A stretch of 64,000 nt of DNA from Haliotis rubra (taxonomy: Eukaryota). The notes beneath the pieces are model-generated. The model had not been told where the DNA came from, did no database searches, and saw only the letters and a program-made list of their open reading frames with translations. A program made the translations under genes and the position numbers. Every line of letters begins with the position of its first letter. The stretch's first letter is position 1. Below are positions 24,721-37,306 of this stretch, in pieces. The stretch is from positions 5,642,001-5,706,000 of the forward strand of contig NW_025766968.1 in NCBI RefSeq assembly GCF_003918875.1, read 5' to 3'.

Positions 24721-25703
24721 ACAAGCGAATCATAGGTGTGATGAATGTGGTATATTTACTGTCTCCAACTGTAGGGATGCATCTAGGCCGCAGGATATAT
24801 GCAGTTGTGTCATTACTTCCGCCAACTGAAAAGACAGTGCACCATGTTTCATTCAGATAAAGTTGATTCGGCTCACTTTGTTGAACTAGTGTAAAATATC
24901 ATTCAAATAAAAATATCAATATCAAACAATATCATCCCAACATATTACCATGTCAGTCATATACTGTGACTTTTATTATGAATAAAAACAATAGTCAAAG
25001 CTTATCATCATACTATACCGAGGTATCTATGGTCAAAGTCAAATGTTCCCATTGTTTTCTTGGAATTTTTAGTGAGCATGATCACATGACAGCGTTTTCC
25101 TGCATTGCTCAAGTTGTGAGGTTATAAATATACATGTTGACCCTTGTTCAGATAGGCGTTGGCCCACTCTCTGAAATCAGTGGACCAAATCGACCAGTTT
25201 TGCAAGAAGCTGGATGCATCCCTGTAACTGCAACAATAAAATCCTCACATGACACTGCACTTGTTTTGTTTCTGCAATGCATGTTTGACAAAACCAAATG
25301 TTTCCCTTTGAATTATGTGCAAATAGATGTTTAAAGTTGCATGTATTGAACTCATGTATATTTGTGAAATTCTTCAATCAGCTCAACATGAATAGTACTA
25401 GTATCACACATTCTATTTTATCTGTAAACCAGGAGTCCACAAAACACTGTGGGGATTCCAGGGGAGAGTGGGACCCAGTATGCCATACTTGTAACAACCG
25501 ACCATTTAGGATCAGAATGGGTGACTTGGCTCATTGTGTTTCATTGTGTCATTGTGGTTTGTGTCTTGTGCTTTCAGTCAATGGTTGTCTGGTAAAGCTC
25601 ATATGGCTGCCATATTGTGGTGTGTTGTTCAACAACGATCACTTCCGTGCGTAACTCATGGTATGATTTGGCTTCTATATTTGATTGGTTCTTCTGATTT
25701 CAG

Positions 25704-25860
25704 CCGAAGGTTCGACTTCTCTAACCATGCCCGGAACCTGACGGAGGGAGTGTGGGACAAGCCCCAAGATGAGCAGAAAGTCGAGGACGAGGAGGTTGTG
25801 GAGGAGGACATGGAGGTGCAGACGTCTCTCCACAAACCCGGACGCTACTACAAGGACCAG
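25704..25860 (+). CDS. SNUPN: Snurportin-1 coding exon 2
   Basis: RRFDFSNHARNLTEGVWD...YYKDQ; tttcag acceptor, gtgaga donor; frame continuous with exon 1. Confidence 0.9.
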
Positions 25861-25934
25861 GTGAGACAGGGAAATGTGATCCTGCACTGTCATAGTCATG
25901 ATGTTGATGGAGTCTCTATTCATTCCTTTGTCAC

Positions 25935-26175
25935 GGACCTGTGAAGGTCCGGGTTAGAATATTGATCTTCAGTAACCCATGCTTGTCGTAAGAGGCGACT
26001 AACGGGATCGGGTGGTCAGGCTTGTATACTTGGTTGACACATGTCATCGGTTCCCAATTGCGCAGATCGATGCTCATACTGCTCATGATTGTCTGGTCCA
26101 GACTCAATTGTTTACAGACCGCCGCCATATAGCTGGAATATTGCTGAGTGCTGCGTAAAACTAAGCTCACTCACG
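25935..26175 (+). mobile_element. SINE-like family C
   Basis: Full-length match to the 8793 and 18131 copies. Confidence 0.88.
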
Positions 26176-26219
26176 TCTTAGTCACAATATGGCTGAAATA
26201 CTCACTCACTCACTCACTC

Positions 26220-26935
26220 CATTCATTGCTTCTGAAATATGAGTGAAATATAGTGCAAAATGTGCTGCATTGATGGAGCAAAATGTTAACATTAGGGTTC
26301 AAGTCAGTTTTGGACAGTGGAGCAGTGTTCCGTAACGCGTATGACCACCATGAGCACAAATGCAAGCTTCTACACACCTTTGCATTGACCAAATGAGCCT
26401 TTAAAGTTGCTGTTGTGGAATGTTCTGCCATTCTCTCTGTAACACCTTTTCAAGTTCATCCAGAGTCTGGGGGTGAATATGGAGTCCGTAAACACGACTT
26501 CCAATAATGTCCCAAGCACTTTTAATGGGATTAAGATCAAGTGACTTTGCAGGCCTGTCCATATGTGTGATGTTGTTGATCTAAACAACATCGTTAACTC
26601 TTTCTCGGGCATTTTAATCCATGGACGGGCATTATCATCCATAAAAAAAGAAGTTAGGACCCGCTTGTTCTACCCGAGGAATGATTACATGTAGGTTTTA
26701 ACCGATCAGAAGAGTGGAGCACATTCATACCACACATTTTGCATTTTGTTTCTGAGGGTGGTTGTGTTCGGGTGGTGTTGTCAATGTTATCAGATAAATC
26801 AATTTGACAGTCACAAACGGTTATGTATTCTTTGAATATTTACCTTTCAGTAACATGTCGGCAAAAATCGCTATCGAGATTGATAAAGATATTACACTGA
26901 AAATACTTGTTGCTTAATTTTTTGTGAGGAGTATA
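26220..26935 (-). mobile_element. Internally deleted Tc1-like element
   Basis: MDDNARP and DLNPI-like motifs on the minus strand; TA-flanked terminus tatactcctcacaaaaaattaag near 26935. Confidence 0.65.
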
Positions 26936-27211
26936 TGTTGGATGGATGTAGAGGGTGTGGTCAGGCTCTTTGACTTGGTTTAGGCAGGTCAGTGTAGCTG
27001 TGGATTGGTTTTCAGTCAGTGGATTGTGCGGTCATGAGGCAGGAATATTTTTAAGTGTGTCATTGTGTGTCAGCATTGCACCACACACACGGGCAGAGGT
27101 AGCCAATTTTCCAGAAGTAGCCAAGTTATCCTTGCGGTTGCATATTGTGCTGCAGAGTTGCATCTCTTAGTCACGCCAGAAACCTGCGATTGTTGGTACT
27201 CATCCCAGGTC

Positions 27212-27490
27212 CTCCTGTGAAGATTCTGGTTAGATTTGCTCCACAGAAACCCATACTTGTCAAAAGAGATGTATTAGAGTACGTCAGCAAACCTCACTCA
27301 CTAAAGATGGTCATCGTATCCCAATTCCATAGATCGATGCTAATAATGTCAACCACTGGATTATCTGATTCAGACTGCATTATCTGGTTCAGACTGGATT
27401 ATCTGGTTCAGACTGGATTATTTACAGACAGCCGTCATATAGCTGGAACATTGCTGAGTGATGCATTAAATAATAAACTAACAAAACTTC
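27212..27490 (+). mobile_element. SINE-like family C, degenerate
   Basis: gtgaagat head, cccaattccatagatcgatgct body, catatagctggaacattgctgagtg tail. Confidence 0.7.
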
Positions 27491-27857
27491 AAATATGACT
27501 ATGATAGTATGAATCTTTTCTTCTAGACCAAAGTGGTCATCTTGTATTCATTCACTCACTGTCAGAATACAAACAGCTATTCGCTGATAGTTTTAGTTCT
27601 CTTGTAATCTTGTCACAAAAAGTAATGCTGAATTATTGCCATGGTAAAATAATTATTGTTACAGGTAACAAAGTTTTCACTTTTGTTAGAAATGTATTTT
27701 AAACCAGGAACAGTTGTGCCTGAAACTAGTAAAACAACGTTTCATCCATTTCACCATGCTGATCATACAAATGTTTGTCGTCCAAGACAGTTATATAAAT
27801 CTGAAAACTGGGAACATTGAAGATGACATGATGTGAAGGATGACCCTTTCTGTGTAG

Positions 27858-27962
27858 TTGATGTACTCTGAGTGGCTGGTGGAAGTGCCCCAGGACCTGG
27901 AGAAGGAATGGCTTCTGGTTGTCTGCCCCACTGGAAAGAGGAGATTGGTCATAGCTGCCAAG
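27858..27962 (+). CDS. SNUPN: Snurportin-1 coding exon 3
   Basis: [35 protein letters not shown] (conserved LMxSEWL and CPxGKR); AG/GT borders, 105 nt. Confidence 0.92.
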
Positions 27963-28451
27963 GTTTGTCCTTAAGGGGGGATGGAGTGGGGATTAGTTTG
28001 GTATGGTTAGGGTATTTGTTCATGAAGCCTGGATCAATTCCACTGGTATCACATTTTGTGTTCAGTCTTTATTTTGCCAGAATTTCGTTGAAAGAAGCAG
28101 TTATAAATTTTACCTGCATTAACTTGATTTGGCAACAGTGGAGCTCTGTGTGTCTGAACCCAAATTGTGTGGTGATGTGTGTTTATCAACCACGTCACAG
28201 CCAACATCAGAGGGACAGGTGGTATTCGATCCCAGTGGATTATGGATAATGATTAATCTGATTATTATTCAGCAGTAAGTGTCACTTGTTGAAATAAGTG
28301 GGGTTCCACTGTGATATATCTCAGACAGGTTGTGTCAACTTAAAGTCTTTCTCTGGGCATGATAACTATCCATTATATACCAGGTAAAGTTCAACTGAGT
28401 TTTGTTTAAATTGATGTCAAAATGTCTAACTCTTTCTGTCAACTCCTACAG

Positions 28452-28553
28452 GGACAAACCACAGCATACTCCAAGGGCGGCTTCAAGTGCATGACATTCC
28501 CCTCTTGTCTCCCTGGAGGTAACAGAGGTCAGGGGGGAAGGGAATATATGGGG
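28452..28553 (+). CDS. SNUPN: Snurportin-1 coding exon 4 (3' border uncertain)
   Basis: GQTTAYSKGG...FPSCLPGGNR; best donor gtaagt at 28554, but its phase conflicts with the next acceptor (see findings). Confidence 0.8.
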
Positions 28554-28948
28554 GTAAGTTGGATGTAAAAACCACAGCTATCCCATAGTTGGTCATGGAA
28601 CAGAATTTGTCTGCTACTCATTGCCAGTCTCCCATTGGGATTTATAGGACATAGGTCATCCATGTAGCAATACACATACTTTGGGATTTTTTTGGAATTT
28701 CTAACACATAATTGGTCCCTATTAAAAGACACCAATCTCCCATTGGGATTTATAGGACACAGTTCATCCCTGTAACAATACACAAATATTCCAACTGGCA
28801 TATGTATTGGTCCCTGCTACAATATGCATAATGTGATTCTTTTACTTTAAATTGAGAAATAAGTCCTCAGTAGATTTTCTTACCTTCCATGCTAATACAG
28901 AAACTTTTAATGATCTATGATAACATGTGATCTGTATGACTATTTCAG

Positions 28949-29046
28949 AGAGTACAATCCTTGACTGCCTGTACTGTGAGAAGAACAAGACGTACTATGT
29001 GCTGGACATGATGTACTGGAAGAATATGCCCATCTACGACAGTGAG
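28949..29046 (+). CDS. SNUPN: Snurportin-1 coding exon 5
   Basis: STILDCLYCEKNKTYYVLDMMYWKNMPIYDSE (conserved TILDC and YYVLD); acceptor tttcag ending 28948, alternative AG ending 28950. Confidence 0.88.
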
Positions 29047-29208
29047 GTACTTCTCTCATTGGACTATTACCCCATGCAGACTTCATGGAATCAAATAACA
29101 TGTCTATATTGGTGTACATACTGAGTATCAAATGAGTCTGGTTTAGTTCAGATTGCCTTGCGTTTGTACAGTCTTGTATGTATGTTGTAATGTGATCATT
29201 GTTCGCAG

Positions 29209-29286
29209 ACAGAGTTCCGCTTCTACTGGATGCACGAGAAACTTCAAGAGATAGAGATGGTGTCTGTGGCTAGGAAGACAAATCCA
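29209..29286 (+). CDS. SNUPN: Snurportin-1 coding exon 6
   Basis: TEFRFYWMHEKLQE...KTNP; cag and gtaagt borders, 78 nt. Confidence 0.92.
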
Positions 29287-29497
29287 GTAAGTTGACAAAT
29301 GTTTTTGATAAATATATGTAATTTCTTTTGCAGCACCTGTTAAATTACAAATGAAACATACTTGCTCATGGTAGGAATTCCAGAACTCTGTGTTCCACCA
29401 AAATCTTTCTTTGTGAACTGTCACCTAACAGGAGGGGGTGAAGCATGGACTGTTTGTCCCTCAAGAAAAGAAACTACATCTCAGATTTATGTTTCAG

Positions 29498-29575
29498 TAC
29501 CGGTTTGTCCCACTGCCAAGCTTCCCCTGTACAGCGGTCAACATCTCTAATGCCATCTCGTATGCCAACTTTGAT
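29498..29575 (+). CDS. SNUPN: Snurportin-1 coding exon 7
   Basis: YRFVPLPSFPCT...NFD; tttcag and gtaagc borders, 78 nt. Confidence 0.88.
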
Positions 29576-29777
29576 GTAAGCTAAAGTCGTGTTTGTTTGA
29601 TTGTTTTTTAAGTAATATTCCAGCATGATAATGGTGGTCTGTAAATATTTGAGTCTGGACCACACAATGCAGTGATTGACATCATGAGCATTGTTCTTCT
29701 TATTTTTTGCCTTGTAAAATGAAAATGTCATCTCAGTTTCTGAAAGTATGTATTTAATTTGTGTATTTCATTGACAG

Positions 29778-30053
29778 ATTGATGGCCTCCTGTTCTACCA
29801 CAAGCGCACCCACTACACGTTCGGATCCACGCCGTTAGTCGTGTGGCTGAAGATGTACATGGTGCCTGATGTCCTCAACATCGCTGTCCCTTACAAGGAG
29901 GTAGCAAAGGCTCCTCAAAACTACACCAACTACGCCAAACATCTGGACAATGTCAAAAACCAAACATACGGCTCACCACCTGAAAAACCTCGACCTCAGT
30001 CTGCACAGAGGGGAAGAGGTCGTGGACGGGGGGGTCGGTCGAGGTCGTGGTGA
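29778..30053 (+). CDS. SNUPN: Snurportin-1 last coding exon (may extend to 30618 if the frameshift is an error)
   Basis: [25 protein letters not shown] (cap-binding domain C-terminal motif); TGA at 30051-30053 after an RG-rich run. Confidence 0.85.
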   Translation: MDGLLFYHKRTHYTFGSTPLVVWLKMYMVPDVLNIAVPYKEVAKAPQNYTNYAKHLDNVKNQTYGSPPEKPRPQSAQRGRGRGRGGRSRSW

Positions 30054-30636
30054 TGGGCAAGGTAGTTCAAGGAATGACAAAAGCATGGATGCATGTGAAA
30101 CGGTTGAGGACAATAGTGCAGCTACCACCAGCCTCAACTTCGGGAGTCCTGATGTTAAGACGCCCCAGACTGAGAGAGGTATTATTCAGATGCCCAAAGC
30201 TTTTGACTTTGGAGCAGCTTCAACATCTCCATTTGAGTTGTCCAGTCCGGGAACGTTACCGTTGAGTGTCCCAGTCACAGAGACAGAGGCAGCAGTTGAG
30301 GGCAATTCCAGCAACTCTGCAGAGACCACTTCTCAGGGCATGGAGATGTCAGCTGACAGTGGTCAACCTGCTGGGCAGGAAGATTCAGAGAGAAAAACAA
30401 GTTCAAAGAAATCAAAAATCGGGTCGGAGGGGGGCACAATAGCAGAATGGATGTGGGGGATAGTCAGTGAGCAAGACAGAGCCATGGGAGTACAGAATCG
30501 AGTTCCTTGTGGAATCAACTTATGTTACAAACATTGTTTGTCTGAAAGGAACTGGATCAGCTGGACTGAAGTCGATGTGTGTAACCCTGGTGTATTTGAA
30601 TGGATGTGGAGTGAATGACAAGAGAAGACTTGCTGT

Positions 30637-30787
30637 CGGGCAGTGGGGTAACCTAGTGGCTAAAGCTTTCGCTTGTCACGCTGAAGACCAGGGTTCGATT
30701 CCACACATACAATGTGTGAAGCCCAATGGTTGTCCCCCACCGTAATATTGCTGTAAATTTTATAAGCATCGTAAAACCATACTCACA
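30637..30787 (+). mobile_element. SINE family B, probably in the SNUPN 3' UTR
   Basis: A and B boxes plus the family tail. Confidence 0.8.
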
Positions 30788-31048
30788 TTTGCTGTATGTT
30801 TACTTGGCAAGCAGAAGCCATTTATTTGTACAACCCCACAGCAGGGATTACCAGCATTAATGCTTATACATGTATGTATGTCCTGGGAATGATATGATAT
30901 TGCTTTTTTTCTACTGCGTACATGGATGATAGTTTATATGTTTAAGTGTTAGTTCAAAGTTTGAACTTTCAAATATTCTTTAGGAAGGCAGGATACCAGA
31001 ACTGAAAATGTATTGTGTCCCCTAGAAAGTCACTTTCCAACAGGTGGC

Positions 31049-31606
31049 CATTCTCTTCCCACAGAGGTTACTCCTGTCATATCTTCCTACGTAACCTCTG
31101 TTCTAATACAGCCCTTTCATGGTGTGAGCGTTCAAGACTCGTGATTGGAGGCCATCAGATTTAGTTGTGCAATCAGCGACATTGTTTCAAAAGTGATCAT
31201 TCGCAAGGCCTCAGTAATTTCCGTATGCTTCGAGAAAACTAAACTTCTTCCCCTGCACGATGCGCAAACGTTTCTTCTAGACAGAACTCAGTCATGTTCT
31301 GGCGGATCAGTGGCGTCTCCATCGCCCTCGTTGACAACGGACAAGCTAGCCATTAAACGTCTTGTGTGTAACATCAACACAAGTCTCCGGCAGATGGGGG
31401 GATATTTGTGGCCCCACATTTGCTTGTGTTAGTCAAGTTAAATCTAAGTCGATGTAACACGTGTTCTTATTGGATAGAAAGAAGGGAGATAATTCGTGTT
31501 GCGATCTTTTGCCGCTAGGGGATTTTACGAGAACCGGGAAATATGGCCGTATTAGAACAGAGGTTCGTAGGAAGATATGACAAGTAACCTCTGTGGGAAG
31601 AGAATG
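31049..31606. mobile_element. Non-autonomous DNA transposon with about 65-bp TIRs and a 9-bp TSD (Mutator-like)
   Basis: TIR cattctcttcccacagaggttac...; TSD acaggtggc (31040-31048 and 31607-31615). Confidence 0.88.
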
Positions 31607-31693
31607 ACAGGTGGCAGGCAGACAAGTATTTCAAATCTGAAGGGGACAAGATTATTTGTCAACAGTTTTTAGGTATCCTATATTTTCACTTAA

Positions 31694-32748
31694 AGGTCAC
31701 ATGCAACGTAAAACACAACTTTGCAGATTCTGATACCTTTCGGTATGGACTTACCGAGACAAAGCGTCAAAAATGCAGATTCAACTTATAAAGTTGAAAA
31801 ATAACGCGATGAAAAAAACGTTCAAATGTTTCACTAATTTTCCCCAGACTTTTCTGGGGAATACGGTTTTCAGCAGCTGGCTGCGCTCATAGCACGTGCG
31901 CAGTGAAATAGGTTCGCGCAACTTGGAAGCGGGCTGTCTGGTGAATACTCGGTGAAGGCTTTGGTGTGAGCTATTTTCATAATGTTTTGTTGATATCTCA
32001 CAGGCGCGAGCTTTTTGTATGTTATGACAGTAAATAAACTGTTTATATAATTTCTTTTGTCTATTTCACCACACGTTCTTCTTACCGAGTCACTTTCTCA
32101 GTTCGATGCTTAAAAGCATTATTTAGAGTTGACACGATTTCTAACTGTGATATAGATATGTCGCTGTCACAGACAAAACTCAATGTCTTGTTTTATTGAC
32201 ACCAGTGTGTCTGCCTGCCTGTCTGCTAATGACAATATTCAATACACAACTGCGATCACTGACCACATGCAATTTGAACTTAACACCAATCAGGCTATAC
32301 ACCATAAACAAAAGCGCATTGATTTATGGCCCGAAGTTCGGTCTCTGTCACATTATGTAATTACACAGACAGGCAGGTGTGATACTTGAACACATGACAT
32401 GTTATGATGTCTGTTGATTGCAAAATGTTATACACAAAAAATGAGCATGTATTTACAAAACCCAACTTTCTATATACACACACACACTGACCCGTGAAGG
32501 CGGCATCTGCTAATGAACCAGCCGTTACACTTGAGTGCACACCCACCCGCTCTGACTGGGTTCGGTATCCCGGCTGCTTCGTTTCGAGGGCGGTAAACCC
32601 AAGTACAAAATATTGCACTTTTGATTTGCGATTATACGCTTATAATTTTGTTTATTTGTTTTTTCATAATCAGCAATGCATATAATATGTCATGAAGAAG
32701 TGATAATTGTGTTTTAATTATGTTTGATTTTTTGGTTGCATGTGACCT
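31694..32748. mobile_element. Non-autonomous Kolobok-like DNA transposon
   Basis: TTAA on both sides; 14-bp TIR aggtcacatgcaac with AG..CT termini (not the CCC of piggyBac). Confidence 0.85.
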
Positions 32749-34223
32749 TTAATTACACATTTGAAATTTAGAAGTGACCCTGAAAGTGGTTGCTTTTTTG
32801 TTAATTCTTTTTATTTATTTTGTGGTACGGATGTAAAAAAAGCACCAAATATTAACTATACATTGCAATTCATGATGAAGTTATAATGATACAAAGTTAG
32901 TCATACAATGGTTTGAGTAATATTTGTTAGGTATTATATTCTTCTTGTATGCATGTGATGTCTCAAGCCACTGTTTCATGAAATGACTCCATTAATTAAA
33001 TATGTATTTATTTCAGACCACTATTTGTTTCCCTTGAGAACTGACTTCCTAAATACGTCATGTTTTCATTTATCGTATAATTTTTACAACTTAACTATTT
33101 GGATATGTATCACATCGCAACACTGTATCATCACTGCTCTGTTTTCAATTACGATTGTGGTAACAATGGAATGGAATAGTTACGTTAATAAACTAAATGC
33201 AGATCATCTACGATATGAGCTTACATTATGACAGCACATACATTCCATGTATCTTTGAATACACAACTAGTTGTAGACATGTATTTTCTTGTGTTGATTT
33301 CTGCTGCATCATGTCCACACACATGAGGACGACAAATGATGGTCTTGTTTCAGTTATTTTATTCTTGGGTGTGAATGCTGGGGTTACCCTGAATTCTGAT
33401 CCTTGCTCTGTCACAAAGGTGAAAATGTCCAAGATAAATGGTACTATGGGTCTTTCTGTGAGACAAAACTGGCATACTGTGGCATGCATAAACTAGTGCT
33501 GCATTAAACACAATTTTATTTTGTCATTTGTTGGACATCACCTAAAATATGTTTTTTTTAAATATTTTGATTACCATTTCCTTTGTGGTACAACTTGTAA
33601 AGTAAATATATGCTGACAGTAAGCAAGCCTTATTGAAAGTGAATAGCTGAAGAAGTTGCAATTCCTCTCTTTCAGTGATGTGAAAGAATAATTTAAAAGG
33701 AATTTAGTTTTATTGTCACTTGAATGAGTATCATTGTCTTTTCTGTAATTCTTAAAATGCAGGAAAGTTTTTAAAGAATTGTTTCTTATTGTGGAGACAT
33801 TTTATTTCCATGTTGGACTACAAGTTTGTATGGAAGGTATGTTTTTATTAAAGGTGACAGGTTGTTTTTGGTATCTCTGGAACAGGATTATTTTCATACA
33901 TTTTCAGAAACAGTAAAAAATGGTTTGAAATGACACTTTCTTCATCAGTGAAGTACAATCTACACAAGTTTTCATGTGAATAGTATTATAATTGTTGGAT
34001 AACATGTGATATGATGTTTAATTCTTTGCCAAAGTTGTCATGATGTGGACTCCAAGTCTGTTTTCTGTAATACTGAAACATTAAATTTTATAATCTGATA
34101 GTTATACTTGAGATCTTAAAACAAACATTTCATCATCTTCCTTAGAACAATGGATTTTCAAGAAATATACCTGAAGCATGGTTTTGACCAGTGGTGTGAG
34201 TTACTGTAATTTGCTGTTCAGGG

Positions 34224-34398
34224 CATAGGCCCCCACTGCGGGTCAGAAAATTGATAAACAAAACCCTGGTTTACTATCCAGCCCCCTCCTATATATGTAT
34301 TATATATTTTGACCTACAGTAGGGGCCTATGGTCTGGTCTATATAGGAGGGGGGCTGGATAGTAAACCAGGGCTTTTGACCTGCAGTCGGGGCCTATG
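34224..34398. mobile_element. Rearranged palindromic MITE with CAT..ATG termini
   Basis: TIR cataggcccc.actgc.ggtca; right end present twice (ending 34331 and 34398); internal inverted repeat of about 32 bp. Confidence 0.7.
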
Positions 34399-35789
34399 GT
34401 CCAGAGTTACTTCCCTTACCTGCCAGAATCTATGTGGGTTTGAATTTCACCATTTACATACTCTTGGGTTTCATCAGTGATACATCAATGACCTGCACCA
34501 CTTTGTATTTATGCACCCTCTGTGGAGTTATATGAAACACTTCATGAGGGTGTCATTCACTGTTTTCTCTGACATGAAGCCAACACTGTGATCAGTTGGT
34601 TTGATGTTAAGCGAGCCTGACCACCTGATCCCGTTAGTCGTCTTCCTATGACAAGCACGGGTCGCTGAAGACCAATTATAACTAGGATCTTCAAGGGCAT
34701 CACTGTGATAAGATGTATCAGCAGGCTGCTAGCCTTGTGGTTCTAGCGAAAACACTTCTGGTGTTCCCTGATGTGCCATTGCTGAAATACTGCAGAAAGC
34801 AGCTTAAAACCATACTCATTCACTGTGGTGGTAAGGAAACACACATGAAGAGAAACATCAAAGCACAAATTTCTCTCCCATTGGTCAAGATCAAATGGTT
34901 TCAGTAAACAGGTTGCACAGCTAACTTGAGTCTTCAGTACTTCCGAGTGATGTAATAAGTCATGTAAGTTCAGACCATTCAAAATGACGGAATTTGTTTT
35001 TAGTAACAGCTGTGTGGTTCTGAATGTAGATTATGTCCAGATGTTTGACATAACATTCATTGTGTATGAAGCTTATGATCAATATTTCTCTCTGGTGCTG
35101 TGAGTTTTAGAGCAGTGTATGAATGTCATTGCAATAAATATTTGCTAACAACACTTTCTTTTTTGTTGTTGTTACATTCACCAAATAAAGTGCTTGGGAG
35201 AGAATGATCTGTTTTATGTTGATCAGTTGTAAAAATGATGGCAAAAGTGTAAAGGTAAGAATGGATGGTGGAAATACGAAACTACACCACTACAACAACA
35301 GTTGTATTCTATTACATGTGGGAAAAATGTTTTATGGCATGATATTGAAAACTAAAATCAGTTCCAACCAAATGAACAGTGGGAACAAGCATCTGAAGTT
35401 TCAGCTTCAGTGTTCTAGAGGCTTCTTGGGGAGAGGTATTTACATACAGGCTATGACACAGGTCACATAATATACTTCCTAATTTGTTAAGACTTCAAGC
35501 AGAAGTGTAAACCCACCTTGCTCTATCAGAACAAACACAGTCATCTCCGATATTCCATTGACTTTATTGTACTGCACAATGTCAAAGATGTAACATTTCT
35601 GGTACAACATGAATAATAAATCAATAAGACATTCAAACAATGCTGAAAGTAAAAATATATTTGTAATAATATAAATGATTGCATTCTCGGTCAGATTTAC
35701 AATAATTTGTGACTCTTCTACCCTGTCCATACGGCGACGCCTCCTCAAACCCCTCTAATTCTAGGTACCAAACCCCCTTATACGCTGCA

Positions 35790-36290
35790 ATATACAGCGT
35801 CTCTTGTAACATGTCAGCAATTCAGTTTCGACACAAATAGCTGAAAAATTGCTGGTGAAGTAACATTGAACGGTTTTAAAGTTCTGCTCCGGAAAAGAGC
35901 GCACCAACACCATTTTCAGTGAAAGTCAAACTTACTGCCATGGAAATGCAGAAACCCAAAAGTTTCAAAAGACACCAGTTCATGACCAGATCTATCCATG
36001 TACCAAGTTTGGTAAAGAAACATTGTATGGTTTTAAAGTTCTGCTTCGGAAAAGAGCACCAACATCAATTGCAGTCAAAGTCAAATTGCCATGGAAACAC
36101 AAAACATGTTTTATTCAGATATCCAAAAGTATCAAAAGGCACTAGTTCACCACCAGGCCTATCTATGTGCGTTTGGTAAAGAAATATTGAACGCTTTTTA
36201 TGTTCTGCCCCGGAAAAGACGAATTTGTATGGACGGTTGGACAGAGTCCAAAATAATAACCTAGCAAAATGTGTTGCAGGGGATAAAAAT
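35790..36290. repeat. Element with three degenerate internal repeats of about 160 bp
   Basis: gttctgc..cggaaaaga recurs at about 35881, 36038 and 36202. Confidence 0.6.
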
Positions 36291-37306
36291 ATTGAATTGT
36301 GCTGATCAGTGTTGAATGTTATCAGGTCATCTCTTGCAGTGAGTGAGTCAAGATTTGTAGTCACAACGGCAATATTTCAGCATAAAATGACTTAATAAGT
36401 TATAAATTCAGAATAAACACAATTTAATTATAGAAAAACCTGTTGACGAAGGACTGTAAAATAACAAGATTATTACAGGTAGAGAATTAAAACTAGCGTG
36501 TAACTAAATTAAATTAAACAAATATTATGGACAATACAATATTAAAACAGGCTGGAGATCTTCCTTCTTGTGTTTATGAAGGGGTGACCATATTTCCAGA
36601 CACTCCTTATAATTAAAGGTTGTAAGGTTGAGATATTACCCAAGATCTTGAATATGTAGGCTGCCATAATCTGACTAGTAAATGTCTGAACTTGGTTCAT
36701 GACGTGTACAGGTGAATTAATTCATGTGGTCACCATCACCCATATACTGTTTATCTGAACAAAACAAATTACAATTATCAATAAAGTTGTACCAATTAAA
36801 AAATCAAATGTGTAATCTTCAGTGCTGATATATACAGGCATTATCTGTGATTAGAGTAAACATTTTCAATTAACGGAGTAAAAATAGTTCAGAAGTGAAA
36901 GAATCATTGCTAAAGAAGCCAGGAAGTACTATGGGAAGATTCTGTCGACAAGCCTTCTCGAGCTTCAGTTTTCTGTTTAAGTTCCATTCAAATTCTCATC
37001 ATATGTAAGTAGTGATTTTACCAGTGTAGTTGTTTTAAATTAGATTTGTAAATTTGTAAATTTGTCCCTGAACAACTAAAAAGCAACAGTTCTCGTTTGT
37101 GACCATGCCCTGCCTCATCCAGAGTCACAGGTGCATCTATGTGTGTACCTTACACTGCGCATCTAAAACTTACATCCCTTTGTAGCATAACTGGTTTATA
37201 CTGGATGTGATACTGCGCTGGCATGTGTGATAAATTTGTGATAACATGCCTGGAAACATTTATTCCCACTCAATCACCAGTGGACTCTTTCAACATCCAG
37301 CCTCAG

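Noticed and set aside
33935-33960. Hammerhead ribozyme core (CTGATGA..GAAA on the minus strand)
   Set aside because: No room for stem II; other CTGATGA hits I noticed lack the paired GAAA and stems.
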